A stretch of 64,000 nucleotides of DNA from Candidatus Thorarchaeota archaeon (GCA_048884965.1 JBHLQH010000018.1:1-64000); one strand, 5' to 3'; shown: positions 1-10,342, numbered from the stretch's first letter. Notes: generated by a model not told the origin, from the sequence alone. Translations and numbers: made by a program.

Positions 1-997
1 TTTCATCAATCTTCAGACCCGTTCGCCGATAGACCATATCCTGCATGGTCAAGAGGAGATGTATTCCCTCCTTAATCGCCCCAGTAGTGGCTTCTCTCAT
101 ACCAAGTTCCTCTGCGCCTTTATGCAGCATGATAGTGATATCCGATAAGCGCCTCAAACAGGCATCAACAATGAAGAAGTCCATATTCTCTAGCTGTTTC
201 CCAATGACTTCCTCATAGCCTGACAATATCACATCTGCCAAATCCTCATTGAAATGAAGTTTAGCTAACAGAAGAGACCAAGCGATATCCATCCGGGGAT
301 CACCAATTGTAGCAGCAGTCCAATCGATAACATAGGGATTGCCAGATTCATCAAGGAGGATATTTGATGGATGAAAGTCCCGGTGCAGTAGGGATAGTGG
401 TAGTGGTTCGATCTCATTCAAGTGATTCTCTAGCCAAGTGACAATCGTAGTGAGGTAGGGCACTCCGTTGTCTATAGCATGATTCCTAGAGCCATTGAGA
501 TGGTTTCTGAATAGAGTCGGAAAATCCGAGGTAAGATAGCTCTCGGGGACAAGGGAAATCTTTTTCCAATCGATTTTGTGAAGCTGTACAAACACTCTAC
601 AAAATAGCCTGATCGACTCAGCATATCTCTCAGCACTGCCATCTAGCATATGTTCCATCAATGTCTTTCCAACTATGCGATCCATGATGATAAACGGTCG
701 ATCAAAGACATTCGAATCTACATCAACTAGTAGCACTCGTGGAACTGGAAATCCTAGATCATGAAGGTCTCTTAGAAGAGTATACTCAAAATTCGCCCGA
801 TACGCTCCTGGACTACCGGGATATATTCTAGCAATCAAGTGATCTACCCTATCATCTCCGTGGAGAGTATACTGAGCATCGAAAGACAGAATCTCAGTTT
901 CCCAACCTGAAGTAATGTTTTGTAGATTGAGTATCTTGAGATTCTTCCAATCGGGGCATCTGTGAATGAGATATTCTGGGAGATTCTCTTTAGGCAT
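1..997 (-). CDS. Aminoglycoside phosphotransferase/choline kinase (APH) family protein, 3' end outside window
   Basis: Own translation from ATG at 997: MPKENLPEYL...SGWETE...LGFPVPRV...LLHRDFHPSNIL...VIDW (Brenner motif HxDxxxxN and the DW metal-binding motif). Absent from the ORF track because it is truncated. Confidence 0.85.
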   Translation of the reverse strand, partial: MPKENLPEYLIHRCPDWKNLKILNLQNITSGWETEILSFDAQYTLHGDDRVDHLIARIYPGSPGAYRANFEYTLLRDLHDLGFPVPRVLLVDVDSNVFDRPFIIMDRIVGKTLMEHMLDGSAERYAESIRLFCRVFVQLHKIDWKKISLVPESYLTSDFPTLFRNHLNGSRNHAIDNGVPYLTTIVTWLENHLNEIEPLPLSLLHRDFHPSNILLDESGNPYVIDWTAATIGDPRMDIAWSLLLAKLHFNEDLADVILSGYEEVIGKQLENMDFFIVDACLRRLSDITIMLHKGAEELGMREATTGAIKEGIHLLLTMQDMVYRRTGLKIDE

Positions 998-1376
998 TTC
1001 CAATCATCCTGCACGAGTGCAAATAAGTGAGAGGATGTGGTGAAACATCAATATTGTTCTAATAATACCAGAACTTTCTTCCTGCTATCAAAAAAACATC
1101 TCAATATTCTGCTTCAGCTTCTCTCGGTAGAGTTGGGGATTGTAACCTTTGAAGGTTGTGTACTCATGCATTCCCCAGTATTGCGAAAGTATGTGAGAGT
1201 TACCTGCTAGAAATAAATTGGATATCTATTGGGTTCGAATATCGAGCTTGTAAGGAGTCTTTGGCATTCTATGTATTGCCATGGAATGCAATACATCATT
1301 CTCGTTGACAAAAAGGGAATCGGTCCCAACCTATCCATAATTCGCAAGGGATAATCAGAGGATTTAACTTGGAGAA

Positions 1377-1847
1377 ATGATTGATATTGTAATTGCTATG
1401 CCACACTCTTCAAAGATAGAAATTGCCGAGTTTGAGGATTTAGAGGACATCATCAGACTGCTAGAATCCGTTGAAGTGCCTACGGATGATATCGACCCTG
1501 ATTTCACAAGATTCTATATCATTAGGCATGAAACAGAGAAAAGAATCATAGCATGTGTGGGATTAGAACTATTCACAGGCACGGCATTGCTTAGGTCATT
1601 TGCTGTAGAGCCTGAATTCCAAGGAGACGAAATGGGCTCAAGTCTAATCAAGAGATTGTTGGACGATGCATTTGATGCGGGATCTGAAACAGTGTACGTC
1701 TGTGCCGCAAAAGCACCCCAATTCTTCTGGGATAAAGGCTTCAAGGGAATTGATTTGGATGATGTCCCATATGAGATAAGAGAATCCCAATTGTTTACTA
1801 AGGATTGTCCACAAGTTGCTGCATTCGTGAAGAAAAAAGTATTCTGA
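1377..1847 (+). CDS. GNAT N-acetyltransferase (ArsN2/ArgA-like)
   Basis: ALLRSFAVEPEFQGDEMGSSL acetyl-CoA motif A, FFWDKGF, C-terminal CP. Start may be 1398. Confidence 0.75.
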   Translation: MIDIVIAMPHSSKIEIAEFEDLEDIIRLLESVEVPTDDIDPDFTRFYIIRHETEKRIIACVGLELFTGTALLRSFAVEPEFQGDEMGSSLIKRLLDDAFDAGSETVYVCAAKAPQFFWDKGFKGIDLDDVPYEIRESQLFTKDCPQVAAFVKKKVF

Positions 1848-1913
1848 GGTCAATAACACTTGACCAGTTGGTCAAGGTTGATAGAATAATATTCCCTCAA
1901 TTACTAGTATGGA

Positions 1914-2375
1914 TTGATTGAAATGAAAGACGATGAGCTCTTCGAAGCGATCTCTCATCCGATGCGTGTAGACATACTGAAAATCCTAGCAACAAAGCCC
2001 ACACGATTTGCGGATCTCAAGCGCAGATTGAAGATCAAGAGTAGTGGCCTTCTGGATTTTCATTTGAAGAAGATGGATGGACTCCTTACAACAGATAAGG
2101 ATGGTAACTATGCCCTCAATGAACAGGGGTACGCTGCCCTGCAGGCAGTTGATGTGGTTTCGAAATATGGCTGGCAACGAAGATCCTTCTTCATTCACAT
2201 CTGTACCTATCTACTGATGGTGCTCTTCATGAGCGTATTGTATGTTCAAGGTGCGCCTCTTCTTGCGATACTCGTAGTAATCATTCTTCATACAGCTTGG
2301 ATTCTCTTCTACAGTTATTGGTCCTTGGTGAAGAGAAAAGTAAACATCCGGAATCCCCCATCAAAAGCTGAGTAA
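1914..2375 (+). CDS. ArsR-type winged-HTH protein with two C-terminal transmembrane helices
   Basis: LFEAISHPMRVDILKIL...LDFHLKKM wHTH followed by hydrophobic segments. Confidence 0.75.
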   Translation: MIEMKDDELFEAISHPMRVDILKILATKPTRFADLKRRLKIKSSGLLDFHLKKMDGLLTTDKDGNYALNEQGYAALQAVDVVSKYGWQRRSFFIHICTYLLMVLFMSVLYVQGAPLLAILVVIILHTAWILFYSYWSLVKRKVNIRNPPSKAE

Positions 2376-2439
2376 GTATATGATTCAATCATCAGAAGAG
2401 AACAACAATACAGATAACGACCTACCCCAATGAGTGTGT

Positions 2440-3465
2440 ATGGATATCTCAGAAGCTATCCGTTTGCTTCCAAAGGTCGAGCAGCATGTGCACATTCTTG
2501 GGTCAATACGCCCTGCAACCTTAATGAGGGCACTAGATGAATCAGGAATCGAATCGGAATTCTCCTCCCTAGAGGAACTAGAGAAGCAATTCATCTTCCG
2601 AGATTTTCAGCACTTCCTATCCGTATACCTTCAGGCAATTCAAGCTGTAAGACGTGAGAAGTACTTTGAAACCATGGTATTCGAACTCCTAGAGACCAGC
2701 AAACAATGCAATGTAAAGTATGTCGAAATGAGCTTCTCAGCAGCGGACCACATTGAGATGGGGTTGGATTTCGAGAGAATGATGAAGGCGATTGAAAAGG
2801 GAATTGAACGTGGAAAGAAGGCCTTTGGAGTGATATCTGATATCCGAATCGATTTGGTTCGAGGATTCGGACTAGAGAATGCCATGGGAGTCCTGGATCT
2901 AATCGAGGAACGTCCTGAGGGAATCGTATCGATAGATCTCGGAGGGCCAGAGAAAGAGTATCCTCCCGATATTTACATAGATGCCTATAGAAGAGCAAAA
3001 GAGATGGGGCTGCATTTAGTTGCACATGCAGGTGAAGCTGTCGGCCCTGAATCTATCTGGAGCGCACTGAGGAATCTTGGCGTGGAACGAATTGGCCATG
3101 GAGTATCTGCAATCAGAGACCGAGTTCTTATGGAGAATCTCAGAGATAGAGGCATCACCATTGAAACGTGTCCTGTGAGTAACATTAGAACCAAGGTTGT
3201 AGAAAGCATGGAGAATCACCCGATAAGAGCGTTCTTCGATGCAGGTATTTCGATTTCAGTCAACAGTGATGACCCTTCATTTTTCAATACGGATATGAAT
3301 AACGAGTTTCTGCAACTAAGTTCAGTTCTTGGTTTTTCTCTTGATGATTTATTCCGAATTTCATTAGATACAATTGATACTTCCTTTCTTGATCCTAAGG
3401 TCAAGGAGCGCTTGAATAAACAAAGCAGGAATGAATACGAACATATCACACAATCTTTGGACTAG
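2440..3465 (+). CDS. add: Adenosine/adenine deaminase
   Basis: PKVEQHVH, HAGE, RIGHG and NSDDP metal/catalytic motifs. Confidence 0.9.
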   Translation: MDISEAIRLLPKVEQHVHILGSIRPATLMRALDESGIESEFSSLEELEKQFIFRDFQHFLSVYLQAIQAVRREKYFETMVFELLETSKQCNVKYVEMSFSAADHIEMGLDFERMMKAIEKGIERGKKAFGVISDIRIDLVRGFGLENAMGVLDLIEERPEGIVSIDLGGPEKEYPPDIYIDAYRRAKEMGLHLVAHAGEAVGPESIWSALRNLGVERIGHGVSAIRDRVLMENLRDRGITIETCPVSNIRTKVVESMENHPIRAFFDAGISISVNSDDPSFFNTDMNNEFLQLSSVLGFSLDDLFRISLDTIDTSFLDPKVKERLNKQSRNEYEHITQSLD

Positions 3466-3493
3466 ATGTCGGCACTGGAGTTCAAGATTGCAC

Positions 3494-3688
3494 TTATGGC
3501 TCCAAGGGCACCAATAGCCAGAGAATTATGTAAACGATGAGTCCGATGAGATAGAACAATGAAAAAACGATCCAGATGACTCGAACAATAATTGTGTCGA
3601 TACCAGTATACTTGGCAATACCACCGCAAACCCCACTGATTACATGATCGGTACGGGATCGATAAAGGCGCTTCTCTTGAGGTGTCAT
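3494..3688 (-). CDS. pspC: PspC domain membrane protein
   Basis: RLYRSRTDHVISGVCGGIAKY...YIILWLLVP. Confidence 0.9.
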   Translation of the reverse strand: MTPQEKRLYRSRTDHVISGVCGGIAKYTGIDTIIVRVIWIVFSLFYLIGLIVYIILWLLVPLEP

Positions 3689-3786
3689 GAAATCACCGAC
3701 ATGTCAGATATGCTCGGGGATTTAGCATTTTCTAAGAAATAGCGTCATTGAAATCATCTATATTCATCTTGGTTGCCGAGATATGC

Positions 3787-4140
3787 ATGATTGACCACAC
3801 CAGAATCAAGACTGAGGAAGACCTTCGAGATGCACTTCAAGGATACACAGACTTTCAGATTGAGGTGTATGTCGCCACATTTAGGATTCCAAAGGGGAAG
3901 GTCAGCACATATAGTAGAATAGCAAAGATGGCAGGAAATCCGAAGGCTTCACGAGCGGTAGCAAATGCCCTAAAGAATTGTCCATTCTACCCAACCATCC
4001 CTGCCCATAGGGTCGTTCGATCTGATGGCAGCTTCACCGGGGGCACTAAGGATAGCGCAGGACGTCGCATCCTCGTCAAGGAAGAAGGCATCCCTATTAA
4101 AGAGGGCAAAGTCAAACTAAGTGATGACATCTTATTCTAA
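3787..4140 (+). CDS. MGMT/Ogt-fold protein lacking the catalytic Cys (alkyltransferase-like, ATL)
   Basis: IPKGKVSTY...ASRAVANAL HTH, with PAHRVV in place of PCHRV. Confidence 0.8.
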   Translation: MIDHTRIKTEEDLRDALQGYTDFQIEVYVATFRIPKGKVSTYSRIAKMAGNPKASRAVANALKNCPFYPTIPAHRVVRSDGSFTGGTKDSAGRRILVKEEGIPIKEGKVKLSDDILF

Positions 4141-4154
4141 CCATATCGATGAAC

Positions 4155-4565
4155 CTAGTTTGATCTAGAGATGCGGACATCTGCAAAGCAACTTGGGCAA
4201 ACCAATGTATAGTCATCCCTCCACTCCACCTGACTCAAACGTAATTCTCTATTGCAGCTTGTGCAGTGAATAGGGATCATATACATACGCATCGAGTCCC
4301 TCTGCGGAGGGGAATAGGAAACAATAGTTGGTTGAGATTGAACAGCCATCGAACCAGAGGTGCCTCTGGCAATTAGCAGGATGCACCCTAGAATGGCTAC
4401 AATGACCGTGAATGTTAGGCCGAATATCGGGAAGAGGATCGGAAAGACAAATTCACCAATTCCAACCATTTCAAAAATGAATATGATCAAACCCATAGGT
4501 AATGCAATGCTCAAGATGACAATCAAGAGCACTCGACCAACTACATTTTCACTCACGATAACCAC
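4155..4565 (-). CDS. Two-TM membrane protein with C-terminal zinc ribbon
   Basis: Two hydrophobic helices, then CTSC...CPSC. Confidence 0.65.
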   Translation of the reverse strand: MVIVSENVVGRVLLIVILSIALPMGLIIFIFEMVGIGEFVFPILFPIFGLTFTVIVAILGCILLIARGTSGSMAVQSQPTIVSYSPPQRDSMRMYMIPIHCTSCNRELRLSQVEWRDDYTLVCPSCFADVRISRSN

Positions 4566-4601
4566 TATTCAGATTCTAGTAAGAGAACGTATAAAGAATA
4601 G

Positions 4602-4633
4602 CATGAAGGAGGGAGCGAATCTCCTCCTTCATG
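4602..4633 (-). terminator. Hairpin downstream of the BPL-N gene
   Basis: CATGAAGGAG...CTCCTTCATG inverted repeat 10 nt after the stop codon. Confidence 0.5.
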
Positions 4634-4642
4634 AAAAAGGGG

Positions 4643-5647
4643 TTAGCGTTTCTTGAATATAGCAACAGCGATTAGTAGGATGACAACTACCCCAATGCCA
4701 CCTGCAAGCAATAGAGGTTCTATGGCCATTGGTTGACCATTAGTTGTTGTGTTTGTAGATGTGGTTGCTGTGGTAGTGGTCGTAGAACTAGTCGTTGGAA
4801 TCGAAGCGTTGTCCCAAGTCGATGTAGCGACAAGCCACTGCGATATCTCATTCATTAAAGGCCAGTCAGTTTCAGGGTCCTCATGAGCGTCGAAATAGTA
4901 GGTATTGTCACGGTCACCATCCTCCTCAAACTCGGGGTGGATGCCAGAGAGGAAGACACAACCACTTCCATATTGATATGAGATCATACCCGGTTGATCG
5001 TTTGATGGGAATGTCGCTATCACATTCAGTGGCGGATTCTCATCCGGAGCGAACCTGATGCTTTCCCAACCCATCATCGTGAGTGTATCTGGAATGCTTG
5101 ATAGGTCCAATCCGGGAATGGTCTTGTTGATATCGACCTCATACATATGTTGATCAAGATAGCCATCTACAGGACCAATACCGGTGCCGCTGAAGAGATT
5201 CAGACCCCACTCATTCTGAACACCATATACATTTGCCACCTCACAAGCGAAATGCGCACCTCGACTAATCCCAATATAGGAGCCCCCGTTGGTGATATAC
5301 TCACGAATCTTCGCTTTTCCGCTGGATCCCAACTTTATCGAGTACTCCGCCAAATCCCCAGGCGGAAATACAAGAATATCGTAGAAGTACAATCGATTAT
5401 CAGAAATATCATCTTCGGTGATGAATTCCACTGTTGCATTCATCCATTCGAACATAGCCTCTGATGCATTCTTACAGGATGCGGATATCTCGGTTGTACT
5501 ACCATTGAAGATAGCTACCTTTACACCTGAAAGATCATCAGCAAGTACGTAATTGACACTCTTTGATGCATCAAGAGATGCCCGAGAGGTCCCTGGCACA
5601 GCTAGACTAAATAGAAGGAGAATAATCATAATTACTCTAATGTTCAT
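4643..5647 (-). CDS. Secreted, C-terminally anchored BPL-N/class I glutamine amidotransferase-like protein
   Basis: Signal peptide, DILVFPPG, GGSYIGISRGA elbow, GIHPE, Thr-rich linker, TM helix and KKR tail. Confidence 0.7.
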   Translation of the reverse strand: MNIRVIMIILLLFSLAVPGTSRASLDASKSVNYVLADDLSGVKVAIFNGSTTEISASCKNASEAMFEWMNATVEFITEDDISDNRLYFYDILVFPPGDLAEYSIKLGSSGKAKIREYITNGGSYIGISRGAHFACEVANVYGVQNEWGLNLFSGTGIGPVDGYLDQHMYEVDINKTIPGLDLSSIPDTLTMMGWESIRFAPDENPPLNVIATFPSNDQPGMISYQYGSGCVFLSGIHPEFEEDGDRDNTYYFDAHEDPETDWPLMNEISQWLVATSTWDNASIPTTSSTTTTTATTSTNTTTNGQPMAIEPLLLAGGIGVVVILLIAVAIFKKR

Positions 5648-5762
5648 CTTCTTTCCCCCATTGATTCTCACGCGGAATCAAATGAAACCTATCAGATTCC
5701 AATTCACAATTTGGTAAATAAGACTCATTTTGGCGCAATGCCAAGAATGAAAGGAGATTTCA

Positions 5763-5797
5763 GAAAAAGTATAGGGCTCAAAGTATTAAAGCCCTAC
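5763..5797 (-). terminator. Hairpin plus U-tract terminator
   Basis: TAGGGCT/AGCCCTA stem (5772-5796) followed on the minus strand by TTTTT. Confidence 0.45.
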
Positions 5798-5804
5798 AAG
5801 AGGA

Positions 5805-6083
5805 CTACTGCTTTGTCTTAGCAGGTTTCCACGTATCGCGATATATCCAAATTTCGCCAATAGCACCCTCATTTCCTACATGGGGCGGTAATCGGCCTCT
5901 CAAAGTATGTCGAAACTTGATTAGCTTAATCGGACAACTGTTCACTTCGCCATGCTTTGGACTAACTCCACCTTTGTAATCCCCAGGTTGAAGTCCATAG
6001 AAATCCATCACATATTTTGGCACATAGAATCCCATATGTTTCGCATCATATTTTGACGTACGGGCAATGAATCTGATCGGCAT
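5805..6083 (-). CDS. Hypothetical small basic protein
   Basis: 92-aa ORF with GGAGGAG SD and downstream terminator; no motif recognised. Confidence 0.6.
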   Translation of the reverse strand: MPIRFIARTSKYDAKHMGFYVPKYVMDFYGLQPGDYKGGVSPKHGEVNSCPIKLIKFRHTLRGRLPPHVGNEGAIGEIWIYRDTWKPAKTKQ

Positions 6084-6244
6084 ATCATCTCCTCCAATAG
6101 ATATTATCTACTGCACGATGTTTAGTCAAATAGACACTAAAGATTTTTGATTGGATTAAAGAACCCAGCTCTTTTTGCCAAATGCATAAGAAGGTATGAA
6201 CCATACTATGCGATAACGGTTCGCTAATTTGTGAGGTTTTCAGT

Positions 6245-7375
6245 GTGAAGATGTGTAAATGTGGGAAGGCAAATCAACCTACACGGAAATACTGCATACG
6301 ATGTGGAGCGTCACTCATTGAAGTTGACGAGCTTGGTCAAGAAGCACAAAATCAATCAGTCAAGGTAGAAGATACAGCCAACAAATTTGCGTTGGAAAGC
6401 AAGTCGAAAGGAGTTCCATCACCTACTACTGGAGATAAATGGGTTCGCCCAAGCCAAGTAGAACGTGATAGAGTAAGAGCAGCAGAAAGGCATATCGAGA
6501 AGACAGAATTCGAAAAGGCACAGGAGGCATTCTCAAAGGATAAGAGTTCCGAAGGGGATGAGAGAATGCTTAGGGCTAGTGAAATCCGCGAATTGATGAC
6601 AGAAACGCATGAAGATACGGCTCAACCTGTTAGTACTCAGAGGCATGTTCCGGAGGTGAGCGAATCCCCAAAAGCAGTATCTATAGAAAGATCTGTACCT
6701 CCTCAAGCTGTCCCAACAGAGAAAGGCCATGAAACAAAGACGATGGAAAGAGAACCACCAACAATGACTCCAATTGCCAAATCGGTCCCGGCGTCTATTA
6801 GTAGCGTTCCACCTGAAATGGTGAAACCAGCTACATCCCCAATCACTCCAAAGGAACAGACAAAACCATCCTTGCCACCAAGTGCTTTTCCCTCAACACC
6901 TGAACCAAAGCAACCTCCTCAAGAAGACAGTGATCACTCAAGTGCAGAATCTTCAGTTCTACGTCCTACTGAGATCACAGGAATGCCAACAAAGCCAGAG
7001 ATGCCTGTCAGAACACCAGGCGAAGATAGCATCGTTAGAGAACTGACAGCAGATATTACACATTACCAGCAGCAGATGCAGCAGTTAGAGTCTGAGCTTG
7101 AATCATTGAAGTTGGATCATGACGCTGAGAGAAGATGGCTAAACACGGTCACTGAAACAAAAAGGATTCGTGTTGAATCACTTGAAGAGGATCTAAAGAA
7201 GGCGAAGGATGAGCTAGGTGAGGCCAAGAAAGAACTCCAGAATGCCGAGAATCGGATGAAGAAGGAAATCAATGAGGCTCAAAGAAGAATCGATTCTCAA
7301 ACCAAGCGGATTAAGGATGCTGAAAAGGCTCGACAGAAACGGGAGCAAGAACTGAAGAAAGAGCAGTCAGAGTAA
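6245..7375 (+). CDS. Zinc-ribbon / Pro-rich linker / coiled-coil protein
   Basis: N-terminal CKCG...YCIRCG, long P/S/T/E-rich middle, heptad-rich C-terminus. Confidence 0.7.
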   Translation: MKMCKCGKANQPTRKYCIRCGASLIEVDELGQEAQNQSVKVEDTANKFALESKSKGVPSPTTGDKWVRPSQVERDRVRAAERHIEKTEFEKAQEAFSKDKSSEGDERMLRASEIRELMTETHEDTAQPVSTQRHVPEVSESPKAVSIERSVPPQAVPTEKGHETKTMEREPPTMTPIAKSVPASISSVPPEMVKPATSPITPKEQTKPSLPPSAFPSTPEPKQPPQEDSDHSSAESSVLRPTEITGMPTKPEMPVRTPGEDSIVRELTADITHYQQQMQQLESELESLKLDHDAERRWLNTVTETKRIRVESLEEDLKKAKDELGEAKKELQNAENRMKKEINEAQRRIDSQTKRIKDAEKARQKREQELKKEQSE

Positions 7376-7472
7376 AGATGAGGGCTTGAGATTATCATCA
7401 ATGCCATTCTGGAAACTCATGCTGCTCTGGTCAGTACTATAAAATACCACTAAGCCAAGCTATGTTTCAGAT

Positions 7473-8903
7473 GTGATGTTTCAATTGAAGCTCCAAAGAA
7501 AGACCTTCACTTGTTTAGTTGTAGCGGTTATCATTGCAGGGTTATCAATCTCCAGCAATTCGCCGCACTCGACATGCCCTACTCAATTTGGTAAATCTAC
7601 ATCCTCTATTGAAGAGCAGCCTCTTGAAGAGTGCACATCAATCATCGTAACTGGAACCGCGGCAAAGGACGGGAGAGCGATACTGATGAAAAACCGTGAC
7701 TCGTATGAAACTCATAATGTACCCGTATATCATGCCGCAACCAACGATACCTATGCCTTTGTTGCAGTAAACTCCATGTGGATGGGCATCAACGAGATGG
7801 GTCTGGCAGTGATGAATACTGCGATGCCGGATCTCTCAGAGGGACCAGATTTTGGTTCATTCAATGGACCGCTTAACAAAGTGATCTTAGAGCAGTGTCA
7901 GAATGTTAGCGAGGTCATCTCCAGACTATTTGCTAAGAATGATCCTCTAATCCCAACCGAATTCGAAGCAGTTGTGGCATCCTGTGTTGGAGTTATTGAT
8001 AGACATGGTGCCGGAGCTTTTCTTGAAGTCAGTAATACTGCTGTTTCAGTTGAGTATGTTGTCAATGGATATCAATCCAGAGCAAATCACCCTAGAACAT
8101 ATGATGGATTGGCAAGTGGACCTAATGGCCGGGATCAATATGCTCTCGATGCTCTTGATCGTATATTCGATGAAAAAGGTGTCATATCATGGCAGGATGT
8201 TGCACAAGAGGTTTCTAGATATGTGCAAGATAAAGAGGAAGGAACATCTTCGTTCTCGATAAATGGTGAAGTCTGCAATCCAAGTACTGTTTCAGCTATG
8301 GTAGCTGTGAGCGGCGATGCGAGATATAATGGCTCATTGAACACCATGTGGTGTGAATACGGGCAAGTTCCCATGATAGGCGTCTTTGTCCCCACATTTG
8401 TGGCCTGTGGACAGCCTCCAACAATCCTAGATGACATGGTCGAGTACACATCAGAAAAGAGAGCATATGCCACAGGAGGAACTTCTGCATATAATCCAAC
8501 TCGTGTAGCGCAGATTCAGGAATACGCTTTTGCCGCGGAGGATTATACTTTCGAACAATATGATAGACTAATGAATCAAATACCTCTAGGACTCTCACAA
8601 GATGATCTCCTCAGTACCTTGGATGCGTTTACCGACCTCACCGTATCAGTGGCGGTAGACATGTATGTAAACGAAACCGCGATACGTCCGGAATATGCAA
8701 TTTCCTTTGATGTGACCGCAACGGGAATATCGCCGGACACCTCAGCAAGTACTCCCCTATCCACGATAACATACACAACGTCTTTCACTAATGACTCCAA
8801 TCCCGTATTTCTAGGCAATCTAGTAATTGGATTCACAGGTGGTATCCTTGGGGTTATAGTCATCTTCTTTGTTGTGAGCAGAAGAACCATCTCCAAGACG
8901 TGA
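7473..8903 (+). CDS. Secreted, membrane-anchored Ntn hydrolase (peptidase C45/C69-like)
   Basis: EECTSIIV autoprocessing Cys, DGRAILMKNRD, GINEMGL, RANH, C-terminal TM helix. Confidence 0.75.
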   Translation: MMFQLKLQRKTFTCLVVAVIIAGLSISSNSPHSTCPTQFGKSTSSIEEQPLEECTSIIVTGTAAKDGRAILMKNRDSYETHNVPVYHAATNDTYAFVAVNSMWMGINEMGLAVMNTAMPDLSEGPDFGSFNGPLNKVILEQCQNVSEVISRLFAKNDPLIPTEFEAVVASCVGVIDRHGAGAFLEVSNTAVSVEYVVNGYQSRANHPRTYDGLASGPNGRDQYALDALDRIFDEKGVISWQDVAQEVSRYVQDKEEGTSSFSINGEVCNPSTVSAMVAVSGDARYNGSLNTMWCEYGQVPMIGVFVPTFVACGQPPTILDDMVEYTSEKRAYATGGTSAYNPTRVAQIQEYAFAAEDYTFEQYDRLMNQIPLGLSQDDLLSTLDAFTDLTVSVAVDMYVNETAIRPEYAISFDVTATGISPDTSASTPLSTITYTTSFTNDSNPVFLGNLVIGFTGGILGVIVIFFVVSRRTISKT

Positions 8904-8949
8904 ACTATCAAGACAAATAACATCTAAAAACAGGATTGATGTCCGTTCG

Positions 8950-9909
8950 TTGGAGTCGTTGCCGGAAATGTCTGAAGGTGATCTGTTCCAAGATAATACT
9001 ATACCCAAGCGGATTGCAATCGTTTCAAATGCAGCTGCAGGGGCTATAGCAGTCATCGTTGTAGTTCTAACCTATCTGGGAGTGTTCCCATTCCAAAGCC
9101 CTAGTGGTCTTTACAGGATTCTTCCGGGGAATATACTTCTTGATATGCTTCTGATATGGGTAATCTCAATAATTGTAGCAGTGGGTATCTACTATGTGGC
9201 TCCGAAAGTCGCAACCTTGGTCATTGAGTTCCATCGCAGACTATCAGGAGGTATCTATGATTACTATTTTCAAGAACGCGATAAACAAAGAGAGAATTCA
9301 AGACATTTCGGGAAGATGATCATCCCCGCCTTGACTACACTTGGATTGGCATTCACAGTCACTAATATGGCAGGCCTAATGGATGTCCTGTTCATCCTTG
9401 AGAACTTTGAGTCGCTTCCGGATGCGATAGCAGAACCTCTTTCTACAAGCATTCCACTCTTCTTTGGAGTACTTCTCTTTGCCTCCGTTATTTCAATCAT
9501 CTTTGCCGCTTCGTGGCTCCTTGAGGATCTCGGAATCATATGTGTTAGGAGGAACGAAGGAACAGGAATGACTGTAGATATCGAAGGAGTTGGAAACTGG
9601 TATGTTGCACTATTGAAAGGTTTCGCAGGCATCTCAGCTATGCTCGCGTACTTCTTCATCATTGTTCAAATGTTCTCGTGGTATCAAGCGCTCCCAACCT
9701 ATACTGTTGAGATACCTGGATGGTACTATTTCATGCTCGTACTCATGGTAATCCTCTCTCCGCTGATTGCCTTCGCACCAGTGTCAATTTCCTATTATTT
9801 CTATAATAAGACCGAGGCGAAAAATAGAGAAGAGCTGAATGCGATGCTCATTGAGAAAGGCTTCAAACATGTACGGATAGATATCGTGGAAGTCGACTCA
9901 CCATCCTAA
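8950..9909 (+). CDS. Multi-pass membrane protein, paralog of 11751-12677
   Basis: About 6 TM helices; shared YRILPGNIL, WLLEDLGII and EGVGNWY motifs. Confidence 0.7.
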   Translation: MESLPEMSEGDLFQDNTIPKRIAIVSNAAAGAIAVIVVVLTYLGVFPFQSPSGLYRILPGNILLDMLLIWVISIIVAVGIYYVAPKVATLVIEFHRRLSGGIYDYYFQERDKQRENSRHFGKMIIPALTTLGLAFTVTNMAGLMDVLFILENFESLPDAIAEPLSTSIPLFFGVLLFASVISIIFAASWLLEDLGIICVRRNEGTGMTVDIEGVGNWYVALLKGFAGISAMLAYFFIIVQMFSWYQALPTYTVEIPGWYYFMLVLMVILSPLIAFAPVSISYYFYNKTEAKNREELNAMLIEKGFKHVRIDIVEVDSPS

Positions 9910-9994
9910 CGGCCCATATCACTCGGATGCGCCGAGCAAATGAATATTATCTGGGCAAAGAAGTGGTCACTCCACTACTCAGGAGAGAACGAGA

Positions 9995-10342
9995 ATGATA
10001 TCAAATCAGGCTTATTGTGGATTGAATTGTGATGAATGTCCTGCATTCATCGCAAAGCGAACAAATGACGATACACTCCGAGAGGATACGTTGAAGAAAT
10101 GGGGATCACCAGAATATCCGTTGACAAAGGACGATATCAACTGTGATGGCTGCAAGAGCTCCGGTGGTGCGCTCTTCAAATTCTGTGGCACCTGTTCAGT
10201 AAGGAAATGTGCAAGCCAGAAAGGTGTAGAGACATGTGCACATTGCCCCGACTATGGATGCGACACTCTTGAAGAGTGGCTTTCACATGCCGGAGATAAA
10301 CCAAGAGAGATATTGGAGAATCTACGATCAGGTTTGGCGTAG
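9995..10342 (+). CDS. DUF3795 Cys-rich protein
   Basis: YCGLNCDECP...CDGC...C..RKCA..KGVETCAHCPDYGC pattern. Confidence 0.8.
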   Translation: MISNQAYCGLNCDECPAFIAKRTNDDTLREDTLKKWGSPEYPLTKDDINCDGCKSSGGALFKFCGTCSVRKCASQKGVETCAHCPDYGCDTLEEWLSHAGDKPREILENLRSGLA

